Shown piece after piece: positions 19,532 to 29,277 of a stretch of DNA of 64,000 nt (the stretch's first letter is position 1; the number at the start of each line of letters is the position of its first letter). The position numbers were made by a program, and so were the translations under genes. The stretch lies in NCBI GenBank assembly GCA_047285535.1, contig JBJBDC010000001.1, positions 992,136 to 1,056,135 on the forward strand, written 5' to 3'. The notes beneath the pieces were generated by a model. It made no database searches. It worked only from the letters and a program-made list of their open reading frames with translations, and had not been told where the DNA came from. The DNA comes from Synechococcus sp. GTDB taxonomy: Bacteria > Cyanobacteriota > Cyanobacteriia > PCC-6307 > Cyanobiaceae.

Positions 19532-20270
19532 GTGTTCCTGGATCTACCAATCCGCTCAAGGATTGCCGCACCTCTGAAGGAAGGCCATCGGCCAAGATCC
19601 GTCCATTAAGCGCAATCACACGGTCATAGCGATCAAGCGCCTTTCCCCAGTCGTGGCTGCTGACCAGCAGAGTATGTCCTGCATCTGCAAGTTGGCGCAT
19701 GAGCCGCAACAACTGATCGCGCGAAGGAGGATCGATTGCAGCACAAGGCTCATCCAGAAGAAGAACCTTGGAAGGTTGAACCAAAGCCCTGGCAAGAAGG
19801 GCTCGTTGCTGTTGTCCACCCGATAGGGCATCGAGGCGACTACCGCCCAAGGCTGTTAGTCCCACCCTTTGCAGAGCAGCGTCCTGATCGCAACATCCGA
19901 TCACATCACTGCGCATGGATCCCAGCGCAACAAAATCGCGAACGTTGATCGGAAACGACCAGTCGATCCGACTGCGCTGAGGCATTAAGACCACCTGGTC
20001 ACGGCAACACATAATTGGCTGGCCATCGCATTTCACAGAGCCCAAGAAGGGTGTCACCTGTCCCTGTAAAACCTTCATCAGGGTGGATTTACCAGCCCCA
20101 TTGGATCCAACCAAGGCCGTCAAGCTGCCCTTCAACAAATTCAGCGATACATCGCTGAGCACAACACGGTCTCCATAACAGACCCCGATGCCTTCGGCAG
20201 TCATCACCGGCATTAGCCAAAAGGGACGTGCAGTTGACTGCAAGTTATCGACGGAACTGAAAAAATTCAT
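19518..20270 (-). CDS. znuC: Metal ABC transporter ATPase (start may be ATG 20213)
   Basis: GSNGAGKST, MPQRSRIDWSFP, LSGGQQQR, LLLDEP, SSHD. Confidence 0.88.
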   Translation of the reverse strand: MNFFSSVDNLQSTARPFWLMPVMTAEGIGVCYGDRVVLSDVSLNLLKGSLTALVGSNGAGKSTLMKVLQGQVTPFLGSVKCDGQPIMCCRDQVVLMPQRSRIDWSFPINVRDFVALGSMRSDVIGCCDQDAALQRVGLTALGGSRLDALSGGQQQRALLARALVQPSKVLLLDEPCAAIDPPSRDQLLRLMRQLADAGHTLLVSSHDWGKALDRYDRVIALNGRILADGLPSEVRQSLSGLVDPGTHGCG

Positions 20271-21633
20271 CCAACTGACCGCCTGCAGGCAGCCAGCGGG
20301 CCAACACCACTTGAGGATTGAGAATCTCTAGATCCAAGCTGCTTCCATCAACGAGTACAGCTCGGCTTCTCTGACCATCGCTATCTCGCATAACTGTAAG
20401 AAGGCGATTCGTAGCCGGATCGACATCAAGACCAGCACCAGAGGCTAAGTACCATCCAACAAGCCGTTTCCGCTGTAGTACCGATCCAGTGCTATCTAAG
20501 AGGAGTAATTCATCTTGAATGTCAGGCGTCGCTTCTCGAAGAACAACCCAAATCCTCTCTCCACCGTTATCACAAGCTGTGGCCATCACCCCAGCCTCAC
20601 CCAACCAAACCTGACGTGGAGGCTGTCCAGGAATCACCAGCTCTATCGAACGGCGGTAATCAGGCCAATTCCTCAGCAAGACAGCCCGGCCTGAGCCAGT
20701 GCAAAAAGCCTTCAGCTCACGACTTCCTGGCAGACTCTGAGGTGAGCTCTGGCCTTCAACAGGATTCATTGGCAGAAGATCAAGGCCTTCATAGGAAGGC
20801 ACAACCATGCCACTGCCATCAGGCAGAAGTCTTATGGCACCTGAATCCTCCAGATTCAAATCACGACGCCTGCCGCGATCAGAACGTATCCACGTACGAT
20901 CGCTACCGACAGGAAGACCTCCTACTTGAACAAGTAATTCTCCGCGCTGATTGCTACTCAAATGGGCAAATAGAAGTGACCCAGAGGCCAATGATTCAAG
21001 GGCACCAGCAAGAGGATCAGCTAAACCGTCAGCCTTTTCACTGAGGTCGCGGGGGGTGAGTTGACGAAGCAACACCTCCAGTTGGGAGGGGGACTTGTCA
21101 CTCACAAAAGCAACCCCTTGCCCATTTCCAAGCGGCTCTAACTGAAGAATGCGCTCTTGAATTGAAGACAAAGGCAGCCATCCACCATCCTTGCGTCGCA
21201 GCTGCAACTGCTCTCCATCCTTGGTGACCACCACAGCCAAAAGATGGGAACGTGGGTCCCACCAAAGCGAGCGAGCACGCATAGGAAGCCCCCTTCGATC
21301 ATCGCCAGCAAGGATGAGTTGCTGGGGCGAACGAACCACTGCACCAGGATCTAACAGCAGGCGAAATCGATTTTGCTGACCAAACCATTGATGCAGCTGA
21401 GCTGGAATAAGACGACTCTTCTCAGCCACCAACTCACGATTCATTGGCCGACTAAACCTGACGTCAAGAGCCGCAGCACCGGAACGAATGGATTGAATCG
21501 CGACGGATCGCAACTGCGGCAACCGACGCAACAAGATCTGCTGCTGAACCAGAGCGACAACTCCTAGACCCACCAATATGAAGATCAAGAGCCGAAACTT
21601 GGCAGACCTTGAGCTACCAAGAGGTGAACTCAT
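20245..21633 (-). CDS. Membrane-anchored protein, Ig-like N-terminal domain plus probable beta-propeller
   Basis: N-terminal TM, VRFSRPMN Ig-like strand, repeated beta-rich segments; start overlaps the stop of the TIGR03943 gene. Confidence 0.65.
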   Translation of the reverse strand: MSSPLGSSRSAKFRLLIFILVGLGVVALVQQQILLRRLPQLRSVAIQSIRSGAAALDVRFSRPMNRELVAEKSRLIPAQLHQWFGQQNRFRLLLDPGAVVRSPQQLILAGDDRRGLPMRARSLWWDPRSHLLAVVVTKDGEQLQLRRKDGGWLPLSSIQERILQLEPLGNGQGVAFVSDKSPSQLEVLLRQLTPRDLSEKADGLADPLAGALESLASGSLLFAHLSSNQRGELLVQVGGLPVGSDRTWIRSDRGRRRDLNLEDSGAIRLLPDGSGMVVPSYEGLDLLPMNPVEGQSSPQSLPGSRELKAFCTGSGRAVLLRNWPDYRRSIELVIPGQPPRQVWLGEAGVMATACDNGGERIWVVLREATPDIQDELLLLDSTGSVLQRKRLVGWYLASGAGLDVDPATNRLLTVMRDSDGQRSRAVLVDGSSLDLEILNPQVVLARWLPAGGQLDEFFQFRR

Positions 21634-22319
21634 GGCTCTAAAGGTCGCTCAGGTCGTGGAATGACCGAAATCGTTCTTGGCTTCACAACATTGATGAGGA
21701 TTCCATCCTTGGTCTGGACCGTCATCGTCCCCTCAATAGCAAGCCATTGATCAGGTCTCGGATCGAAATTCTTGGGCCATTCAATCGGAAGACCTGCCGG
21801 GGTGGCATCGGCAAGACAACATCGAACCGTAAGACGAGCGAGTTCGGGAGTCCCCCCAGGTCGCGCAAGCACGAAGCCACTAATTCTCACAGGATCACCA
21901 ACGTGCAAATTTGGATCAGGTTGACTGCGCAGTAGCCGCACCCATTCCGTCAGCGTGCGTTGCTCTGGAGGTAGAAAAAAGCTCAATTGCGGCGTCTCCG
22001 GCAAATGACCGGTCCGATTGGCCGCCAAATCACTAAAAGAGGGTGATGGGGGCAAAAGCAAAATAAGAATTGCCACCGCAGCAGAAACAAGCCAACTCAA
22101 AGGAGCTGAAGGAGCCTTCAAGCGATGGGTGAAGCGCAGCTGCAAAGCGGCGAACACCATCAAAACAACACCCGCAACAGCAACCACCGGATGGAAGAGT
22201 GCATTAAGCAACAGATCCAAACGACTAGAGAGGCTGCTCCAAACCAGTAACCATCCCCAGAGCAGCAAAACCAAGGGAGGCAAGAAAGGCGTTTGACGAA
22301 TACGGTTCAGGCTTCGCAT
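21630..22319 (-). CDS. TIGR03943/DUF1980 (YcgQ-like) putative permease subunit
   Basis: Three N-terminal TMs, GDPVRISGFV, LARLTVRCCLADA, DQWLAIEG. Confidence 0.85.
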   Translation of the reverse strand: MRSLNRIRQTPFLPPLVLLLWGWLLVWSSLSSRLDLLLNALFHPVVAVAGVVLMVFAALQLRFTHRLKAPSAPLSWLVSAAVAILILLLPPSPSFSDLAANRTGHLPETPQLSFFLPPEQRTLTEWVRLLRSQPDPNLHVGDPVRISGFVLARPGGTPELARLTVRCCLADATPAGLPIEWPKNFDPRPDQWLAIEGTMTVQTKDGILINVVKPRTISVIPRPERPLEP

Positions 22320-22323
22320 GGAA

Positions 22324-23286
22324 TCAAAGCTGCACAAGATTGACCCACTGGCCAATCAAAAGAACTAACAAAGATGCCGCGATTGCAGTGATCGCAATCG
22401 CCCGAGTCGACAGCAGCACAGTGAACAATCCAGCCAGCTTGAGATCGACCACAGGACCAAGCAGAAGAAAAGCCAACAACGCGCCTGGGGTTACCTGAGC
22501 TGCAAAGCCGAGAGCAAGAAATGCATCGACGCTGGAACACACCGACACCACAAGAGCCAAAACCATCAGAGCCAGCACTGAGATCGTGGGAGCAGATCCC
22601 AATGCCAAAAGCCAACTTCGCGGCAGCCAAGTTTGAACTGCAGCAGCAAGAGCACATCCAAAAACAAGCAATGCGAGCAGGTTTAAAAATTCACGGGTGC
22701 TGTGCTGGAGCAACTGGGTAGGCCGAAGCGGAATATCCTCCGTTTTTCGTTGAGGCATCGAGGAAGCCACACCAATCAAGCCACTGCGACGTTCTAATAG
22801 ACCAACACTGGAAAGAGGTTGGCTCAATCTCCGCTCCTCAAGCAACGCGGAGGCCAACAAACTCGATTCAGGCAACAACCCCAGAAGAGTGCTGAGGGCA
22901 AGCGCAATAAAAAAAGCGCCGATTGGTCGCGTCCAGAGCAACCAAGTGTGCTCAGGGAATGCAGCCCAAGTACTCGCAAGAACAATCGGATTGAGCACTG
23001 GCGCCGCGAACAGAAAGCCAAAGCCAGTCCCTAAGGGCGCACCACTGGCAAGCAGGCGCCTTGCCACAGGTACATTCCCGCATTCACAGGCGGGTAAAGC
23101 GAAACCAAGTAGGGCTCCCACCACTGGTGCAAGAAGTGGATGGTTTGGGAGACGCTGAATCCATGTCGACTGAGGGACAAACCACCTCGCCAAGCCGGCA
23201 ATCAAAACACCCAAAAGCAAGAATGGAAGCGCTTCGATTAAAAGTCCTTGAAAGATGGCCCAACCGGTAGCGAGACGTACCATCAA
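22324..23286 (-). CDS. DUF318 (YcgR/ArsP-like) permease
   Basis: EALPFLLLG, PACECGNVPVARRL, APVLNP, SVCSSVDAF, GPVVDLK. Confidence 0.88.
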   Translation of the reverse strand: MMVRLATGWAIFQGLLIEALPFLLLGVLIAGLARWFVPQSTWIQRLPNHPLLAPVVGALLGFALPACECGNVPVARRLLASGAPLGTGFGFLFAAPVLNPIVLASTWAAFPEHTWLLWTRPIGAFFIALALSTLLGLLPESSLLASALLEERRLSQPLSSVGLLERRSGLIGVASSMPQRKTEDIPLRPTQLLQHSTREFLNLLALLVFGCALAAAVQTWLPRSWLLALGSAPTISVLALMVLALVVSVCSSVDAFLALGFAAQVTPGALLAFLLLGPVVDLKLAGLFTVLLSTRAIAITAIAASLLVLLIGQWVNLVQL

Positions 23287-23298
23287 GCCTCAAAGCAG

Positions 23299-23655
23299 TT
23301 AGCTCCAGCCATGGCTGGCTTGATTTTCAACGTAGGCCGCAACATCGGCAATTTCATTTTCACTCAGCACATCCAAGAAAGCGGGCATCGCATTTCGCCC
23401 ATAAGTGACCTGAGCCACGATTGCCGTCTCATGACCAGTCATGTAAGTGGGAAGAAAGGCTTCCAAATCTGACTGGCTTAGGGTCCTCTCACTTTTTACA
23501 ACATTGCCGCCACCAGCATGGCAAGCCACACAGTTGGTGTTGAAAATTTGTCCGCCCCGGACCAAGTCAGAAGCCAAGGCACGGGCAGGCATAGTCAACA
23601 TCAACACCAAAGCCAAAGCGACACTTGTCAAAAAAACCATGACGTCAAAGATCAT
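23299..23655 (-). CDS. petJ: Second cytochrome c6 paralogue
   Basis: Signal peptide ALA, NCVACH, QVTYGRNAMPAF. Confidence 0.9.
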   Translation of the reverse strand: MIFDVMVFLTSVALALVLMLTMPARALASDLVRGGQIFNTNCVACHAGGGNVVKSERTLSQSDLEAFLPTYMTGHETAIVAQVTYGRNAMPAFLDVLSENEIADVAAYVENQASHGWS

Positions 23656-24100
23656 TTGTCATCCATTCTCGTGAGATCTGCAGCACTGGCGATCTGGATG
23701 CTGCAGATCGTTATGCAATGAGTCTGGAAATTATCAAGCAACTCTTGCCGACCATGCATTCGCTCGACCACTGCCGAGCCAGACACCTAAAACAAGGCGC
23801 TCTCCCAGAGCAGTGCGAATCTTTTTCGAGCTATGGCTGAGAATCAGAGACCAGAGGCTATGGACAAGCAATAGACCAAGAGATCATGAAGCCATCAGAG
23901 ATGTTGAGTGGAGTCAGAGCCAAAAGTGGTCGATCCTCATCCATCAGGACAAGGAATCGGCAGGCCTTCAGACTTTTTATCAGTGATAATGAAACGTTGA
24001 CAACTCGTGGGAGTGGCGGGTTTTCACCGTTCACCCGCCGTGACTTCTAGAGACTGAACTCCACCAGAACAGAGACTCGATTGTCGTCGTTCACAGCACC

Positions 24101-24385
24101 TCAATGACCTGCATTGGAGCCATGGTTATGGCCACTGCAAGGCATCCACTTGGTTCCCATTTGATGGGCGCCTGTGCAGTTGAACAGCGATGCAGCCTTC
24201 TCAGCCTCGGCTTTTGTGTCATAGAGAGCTTTCACAGGCTCTGACCTCCCAGGTGAGGGAGAGGGGTCTTTAGCCATGGCCAGCACTTTTGAGCTGTGAT
24301 CATCACCAGCTTGATGATGAGCAAGTACAGGAGTGGTGAGTGACACCAAAGACAAAAGAAGCCCGGCGGATGTGAGGATAGGCAT
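24101..24385 (-). CDS. DUF3721 secreted His-containing protein
   Basis: YDTKAEAEKAASLFNCTGAHQMGTKWMPC; signal peptide followed by HHQAGDDH. Confidence 0.82.
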   Translation of the reverse strand: MPILTSAGLLLSLVSLTTPVLAHHQAGDDHSSKVLAMAKDPSPSPGRSEPVKALYDTKAEAEKAASLFNCTGAHQMGTKWMPCSGHNHGSNAGH

Positions 24386-24447
24386 TACAGATCAGTTGGT
24401 AAAAGGTTCAGTGTGATGCATCAAAGTCCACTGGACGTTATGGCTAG

Positions 24448-25038
24448 TTAACGCGCGTCAAACGGAAGTGATGAGTGATGGAGAACAATGCGAATGCTTC
24501 CAGCCTTGGTCTTCCAGAACGTCCAAGTTTTTTCAGGTCTGGCGACGCCACCTTTAGAGTCAACAAGCTTAACGAAACCCATGGTGTTTGCTGTTTGACC
24601 AAACAATTGCACAACATCATCAACAATCTCGCAGCTGGTCCAATGCCGATAAGTTGCAAAACCCTTATCCTTTCCAAATCGTGTGATTGAGGGATCAGGA
24701 CCAACGAAATAGGCCAGCGCTCCAGCACGATCTTGACGGAATGTTCCGTCTCCTCTGGAGTAAGTGGGCTTAAACGCCACAGGGCCGAATTGGAATGCAT
24801 AAGCAGTATCGATCACAGCCTCCGCTTTCGCTTTAGCAGCTTTAAATCCACCTTCCTGATAGGCATCGCTGATCGCAAGCACAGCCGCACACCATCCTTT
24901 CTGAGAGGCTAGAACCTGATCAAGTGTAATCGTATTGTCAAAAACTTGAACTTGACTCTCAGCGAAGCCCGGAGCACTAGCAAAAGCAGAAAGACCAAGT
25001 GCAGTACATCCAGCCACAAAAGATCGAAAATGCTGCAT
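24448..25038 (-). CDS. Secreted COG4337-like (iota-class) carbonic anhydrase
   Basis: Signal peptide; VAFKPT, FR..RAGALAYFVG, DKGFA, IRIVLHHSSLPF motifs. Confidence 0.72.
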   Translation of the reverse strand: MQHFRSFVAGCTALGLSAFASAPGFAESQVQVFDNTITLDQVLASQKGWCAAVLAISDAYQEGGFKAAKAKAEAVIDTAYAFQFGPVAFKPTYSRGDGTFRQDRAGALAYFVGPDPSITRFGKDKGFATYRHWTSCEIVDDVVQLFGQTANTMGFVKLVDSKGGVARPEKTWTFWKTKAGSIRIVLHHSSLPFDAR

Positions 25039-25076
25039 TAGTCAGAAGAAGAAACTATTTTGTTGCTAGCTAGATT

Positions 25077-25943
25077 TCATCGGTTAGGCAACCTGGGAAT
25101 CGGCAAAGGCGAAGCGTATCGGAAACGCAAAATCCCATGTTTAGGAGCAAAAAGAAATGCAAGGACGAATAAACCTGTCTGCACAAGAACTATGCACCCG
25201 GCCGTTGAACTATCCGTCCAATAACTAGTATAAACACCTATAAGACTAGAAAGAATACTGCTAAAAATTGCCAAACAACTCATATGATCAAATCGATCAG
25301 TCAATAAGTAAGCCGTTGCTCCAGGAGTAACCAACATTGACACCACCAAAATAATTCCTACAGCTTGCAATCCAGCAACCGCAGCGAGAGAGAGAACCGA
25401 AAGAAGTAAGTAATGAAGAAAACCAGTATTGATTCCAATTGAACGGGCATGGGTGGGATCAAAACAAAACAGGAGCAGGTCGCGGCGAAACAGCAAAAGA
25501 ACAATGATGACAATGAGTGATATCAATACTGTTTGCCGAATATCGGAAAGAGAAATGCCCAGGACATTTCCAAATAAAATATGAGTTAAGTCAATATTAC
25601 TACGAGTCTTCGAAACCAATACCAATCCAAGAGCGAAAAAACCAGTAAACACAAGGCCGATGACGGTGTCTTCCTTAATGCGAGATTTTTGCTTTACAAA
25701 GCCAATTATCGCGACTGATCCCACCCCAAAAACAAAGGCCCCAATGGAGAAGGGGAGGCCTAGTCCATAGGCCAAAATGACCCCTGGCAAGACTGAATGG
25801 GAAACAGCATCGCCCATTAGAGCCCAGCCTTTAAGGGTCATATAACAAGAGAGCAAACCGCAAACGCCACCAACCATGGCACTAATGAGAAGAGCACGCA
25901 TCATGAAGGCGTGCTGCAAAGGCTCAAGCAGAAAGTTGATCAA
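25077..25943 (-). CDS. mntB: Mn/Fe ABC transporter permease
   Basis: LMGDAVSHSVLPG, IKEDTVIG, DLTHILFGNVLG, FDPTHA. Confidence 0.88.
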   Translation of the reverse strand: MINFLLEPLQHAFMMRALLISAMVGGVCGLLSCYMTLKGWALMGDAVSHSVLPGVILAYGLGLPFSIGAFVFGVGSVAIIGFVKQKSRIKEDTVIGLVFTGFFALGLVLVSKTRSNIDLTHILFGNVLGISLSDIRQTVLISLIVIIVLLLFRRDLLLFCFDPTHARSIGINTGFLHYLLLSVLSLAAVAGLQAVGIILVVSMLVTPGATAYLLTDRFDHMSCLAIFSSILSSLIGVYTSYWTDSSTAGCIVLVQTGLFVLAFLFAPKHGILRFRYASPLPIPRLPNR

Positions 25944-26710
25944 ACATCCTCCATGGAACTATTTCCAGTCAATAAATCTGGTGGCAGGCCACCAAAAGCC
26001 AAAGAAAGATTTTCCGGAGTAAACACTTCTGAGGTTTCTCCGTAAGCCAAAACAGTTTTATTGATCAAAACCACGAGATCACAGAAATCCCTGACATGCC
26101 TGAGATCATGAGTTGAAATTAAAATCGTTCGTCCTTCTTTACGGAACTGGAAAAACAGTTCAGCCATCAACTTTTCGGTGCGGACATCCACACCATTGAA
26201 TGGCTCATCCAACAGAAGAATCGATGCGCGCTGTGCAATCGCTCTGGCTAAAAAGGTTCTTTTGCGTTGACCTCCAGAGAGCGCAGCAATTGGACGATCA
26301 CCCAGATCAAGAAGATCAACTCGCTCAAGGGCATCGCGTACAGCAACTCGGTCTGACTGGCGCGGAATTCGCAGCACATTCATGGCCCCATACCTGCCCA
26401 TCATCACCACATCCCATACAGAGACAGGAAAATCGCAATCAATGCCTTCATTTTGCGGTACATAAGCAACGGCCTGATCGCGTTGCGCCCTTGCGACGCT
26501 GCGGCCATTAATACTGATGTGACCATGGGACGGTCGAATAAAGCCAGTGAGTGCTTTAAAGAGAGTTGATTTCCCAGACCCATTCATTCCTACCAGTCCG
26601 CAGATGCAACCGGAAGGTAAATGAAGAGAAGCATCGTACAGAGCTACTCTGCCGTTGTAGTCAACGCAGATCTGATCGGCCTTGATCCGCATGAATTCGC
26701 TATCACTCAT
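25940..26710 (-). CDS. mntA: Mn/Fe ABC transporter ATPase
   Basis: GMNGSGKST, YVPQ, LSGGQRKR, LLDEPF, STHD. Confidence 0.88.
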   Translation of the reverse strand: MSDSEFMRIKADQICVDYNGRVALYDASLHLPSGCICGLVGMNGSGKSTLFKALTGFIRPSHGHISINGRSVARAQRDQAVAYVPQNEGIDCDFPVSVWDVVMMGRYGAMNVLRIPRQSDRVAVRDALERVDLLDLGDRPIAALSGGQRKRTFLARAIAQRASILLLDEPFNGVDVRTEKLMAELFFQFRKEGRTILISTHDLRHVRDFCDLVVLINKTVLAYGETSEVFTPENLSLAFGGLPPDLLTGNSSMEDV

Positions 26711-27672
26711 GAGGACTTTTCAGCGGATTCAGCCAATCCTTTCCTGATGAGTTTTACATTGTGGCGTTGAAGCTCGAGCAGCGTTGGAGCAGGACCATTG
26801 TGTTCTGATAGCGAATCCACATAAAAGCTGCCTCCAAAGATTGCACCCGATGCACGAGCCACTTCGCGCTGGGCTGTATCACTCACTGTGCTTTCACAAA
26901 ATACAGCCGGAACCTGATCTCGCTTGACCCGTTCGATCAGTTTTGCCATACGTCTAGGATTAATCTGACTTTCAGCATTGACAGGCCACAAATAAGCCTC
27001 ATCAAAACCATAGTCTTGAGCGAGGTAAGAGAAAGCGCCCTCACAACTCACTAAAACACGCTGCTTTGGCGGGATCACGGCCAAGAGGTTGCGAAGCTCT
27101 GCATCCAGCTGATCTAGTTGAAGCTTGTAGCTTTCCCCATTATTTCGATAAGTCTGAGCGCCGTCAGGGTCAAGTTTAGAAAACGCCAGAACAAGTCGAT
27201 CCACATATCCCTTAGCCCGTTGCGGTGACATCCAGGCATGGGGATTGGGCTTTCCAGCATAAGCATCTCCCTCTATCAGCAAAGGCTTCATTCCCTCCGT
27301 AAGAGTGACCGTAGGAACAGCACCAGCTGCTGCAACAAATCGCCGAGACCAAAGTTCAAGGCCCAAGCCATTCTCAATGATCAAGTCAGCATCAACTGCT
27401 CGCTCCAAATCTTTTGGCGAAGGCTCATAACCATGAATTTCAGCACCTGGCTTGGTGATCGATCTCACTTGAAGGCGGTCGCCAGCCACTTCACGAGCCA
27501 TGTCGGCAAGGATTGTGAATGTCGTCAAGACAATGGGAAGTTCGCCGCTAACGACATCTAACTTGTTTGATAATTTTCCTCCCTGAGCACAAGAGACAAT
27601 CACAGACAATATAAATACAGAGGAAAAAATACCCTTGAAAGAAAGCCTATCAGGAAACTTACAGGAAAACAC
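26707..27672 (-). CDS. mntC: Mn/Fe ABC transporter substrate-binding lipoprotein
   Basis: Lipobox IVSC; EIHGYE, NPHAW, SCEGAF, VDSL give His-His-Glu-Asp ligands. Confidence 0.88.
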   Translation of the reverse strand: MFSCKFPDRLSFKGIFSSVFILSVIVSCAQGGKLSNKLDVVSGELPIVLTTFTILADMAREVAGDRLQVRSITKPGAEIHGYEPSPKDLERAVDADLIIENGLGLELWSRRFVAAAGAVPTVTLTEGMKPLLIEGDAYAGKPNPHAWMSPQRAKGYVDRLVLAFSKLDPDGAQTYRNNGESYKLQLDQLDAELRNLLAVIPPKQRVLVSCEGAFSYLAQDYGFDEAYLWPVNAESQINPRRMAKLIERVKRDQVPAVFCESTVSDTAQREVARASGAIFGGSFYVDSLSEHNGPAPTLLELQRHNVKLIRKGLAESAEKSS

Positions 27673-28594
27673 TTCTTTCTCCTCATATATTCCCTATGGT
27701 AAGGGATGCTGGTTTATGCGCTGATTCTTTATGCTCCGCCGCCGTCTACAACGCACAGAGCAGTAGAGCACATCACTCCAATCGCCTTTCCATTGATGGC
27801 GCCATTGAAAACAAGGCCACAAACGCTGTAGAGATTCTCGGATCGTGTACGCTTGACACGACTACCGAAGTCTTGCAAACAAGATGAAATTTAATCATAA
27901 ATCAAATCGATACTCAATCAATTAAAATCAAAGGAACTGAAGAGCAATGAATTGACACACAGGGAGGAAACAATGGAGGCAAAATCTGAAACCACAAAAA
28001 CCTGCAACATCAAAGACGATCTAGTTGCAATATAACCGTAGAAAGAGAATACCGTGAGCGCATACCTGCATTAACAAGAAGATATTTTACTGCATGAGAT
28101 TCATCATCTATGCCCACTCAAAAAGTCTAAGTCCAAGGCAAACATCGAGCCACAAATACAAATATATCTAAAAGAAATATTCAGGATCGCCAGTTAGCAA
28201 ACCAGAGAAATGATTACAACCTATAGCGATTAGAGATTAGTCTCCAGGCCTTAATTCCTAGGCATCAAGAAAAAAGGGTGAAACAGCCTTAAAGATTAAC
28301 ACCTTGAGCAAATCCAGCACACAACATCTGGGAAAATTTTTAATGATTTTAAAAGCAGAAGACTGATCAAGTTAAAACTATTTAGCCCCTCAACCCACCC
28401 AAAAAACTATACACATAAACAAGTTGGACATCGATCACTAACAAAAAGATCTCTCGATGGCAAGATGATGAAGGCATTGCAATAGAACCATCTGAATCGC
28501 ATGACTCTCATCCCTATTAAGGTACAACGAAAAGCAGGAGACGAAGATCCATGATGAACAAGAGCACTGTCACTCAAGAAATCCAGAAGTTGCC

Positions 28595-28783
28595 ATGAAC
28601 CGTACTATCTTCGCGTTTGCGGCTGGCTTCACTCTCGCTGCCTGGATTGGCCTAGAAGCCAGCCCAAAATACTTCGACCAAACAGGTCTAGCCCGACAAT
28701 CCTTTGCTCTCGAGGCACTTGCTTACACCAGCTCAGCAATTGCTGCTGCCTCGGCTACTTATATGATCATCTCAAAAAGATGA
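28595..28783 (+). CDS. Small two-TM hypothetical protein
   Basis: ATG ORF with two hydrophobic segments. Confidence 0.55.
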   Translation: MNRTIFAFAAGFTLAAWIGLEASPKYFDQTGLARQSFALEALAYTSSAIAAASATYMIISKR

Positions 28784-29013
28784 TTGACTTTTATTACGGC
28801 GTTTTGAATTTAACGATCCATCAGCCAATGCAAGGAAATGTCTCATATGAACTTTAGCCATTCCAAATATCAGATCAATCACCCAAGATAGACTTCAACG
28901 AGTACACACGAAAAGAGATGACTAGTACAATCAAATAAGTTCATCACTAATCTCATGAGAGAGATAAAAATGGGCACCACTTCGAGTAATATTTACTCCA
29001 TCACTCAAGAAGA

Positions 29014-29277
29014 TTGTTAATGATGCCTGATTGGTTTTGGAAGGGAGTGTTGACAGGGGTTTTTGGGGGGATCACTCTTAAATTACTGCAATGGCTTTCT
29101 GTACCACCGAAAGAAGAAATTAAAAAGTTTTTTGCAAAACGCGATCCTGGGAAAAACTTCGAAAACCTTAGGCTCACGCATATTGGCCGATACGGCCATG
29201 TAATTCCAACAAGATGGCAGCTTTTCAAAGCAGCGCTGATGAGGCGAACCGGAAAAGACAAGGCGCAAAAGAAGTAA
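29014..29277 (+). CDS. Hypothetical basic membrane protein
   Basis: N-terminal TM, Lys/Arg-rich. Confidence 0.5.
   Translation: MLMMPDWFWKGVLTGVFGGITLKLLQWLSVPPKEEIKKFFAKRDPGKNFENLRLTHIGRYGHVIPTRWQLFKAALMRRTGKDKAQKK

Noticed and set aside
23984..23998. TGATAATgaaacgtt as a second Zur box
   Set aside because: Only one half-site matches
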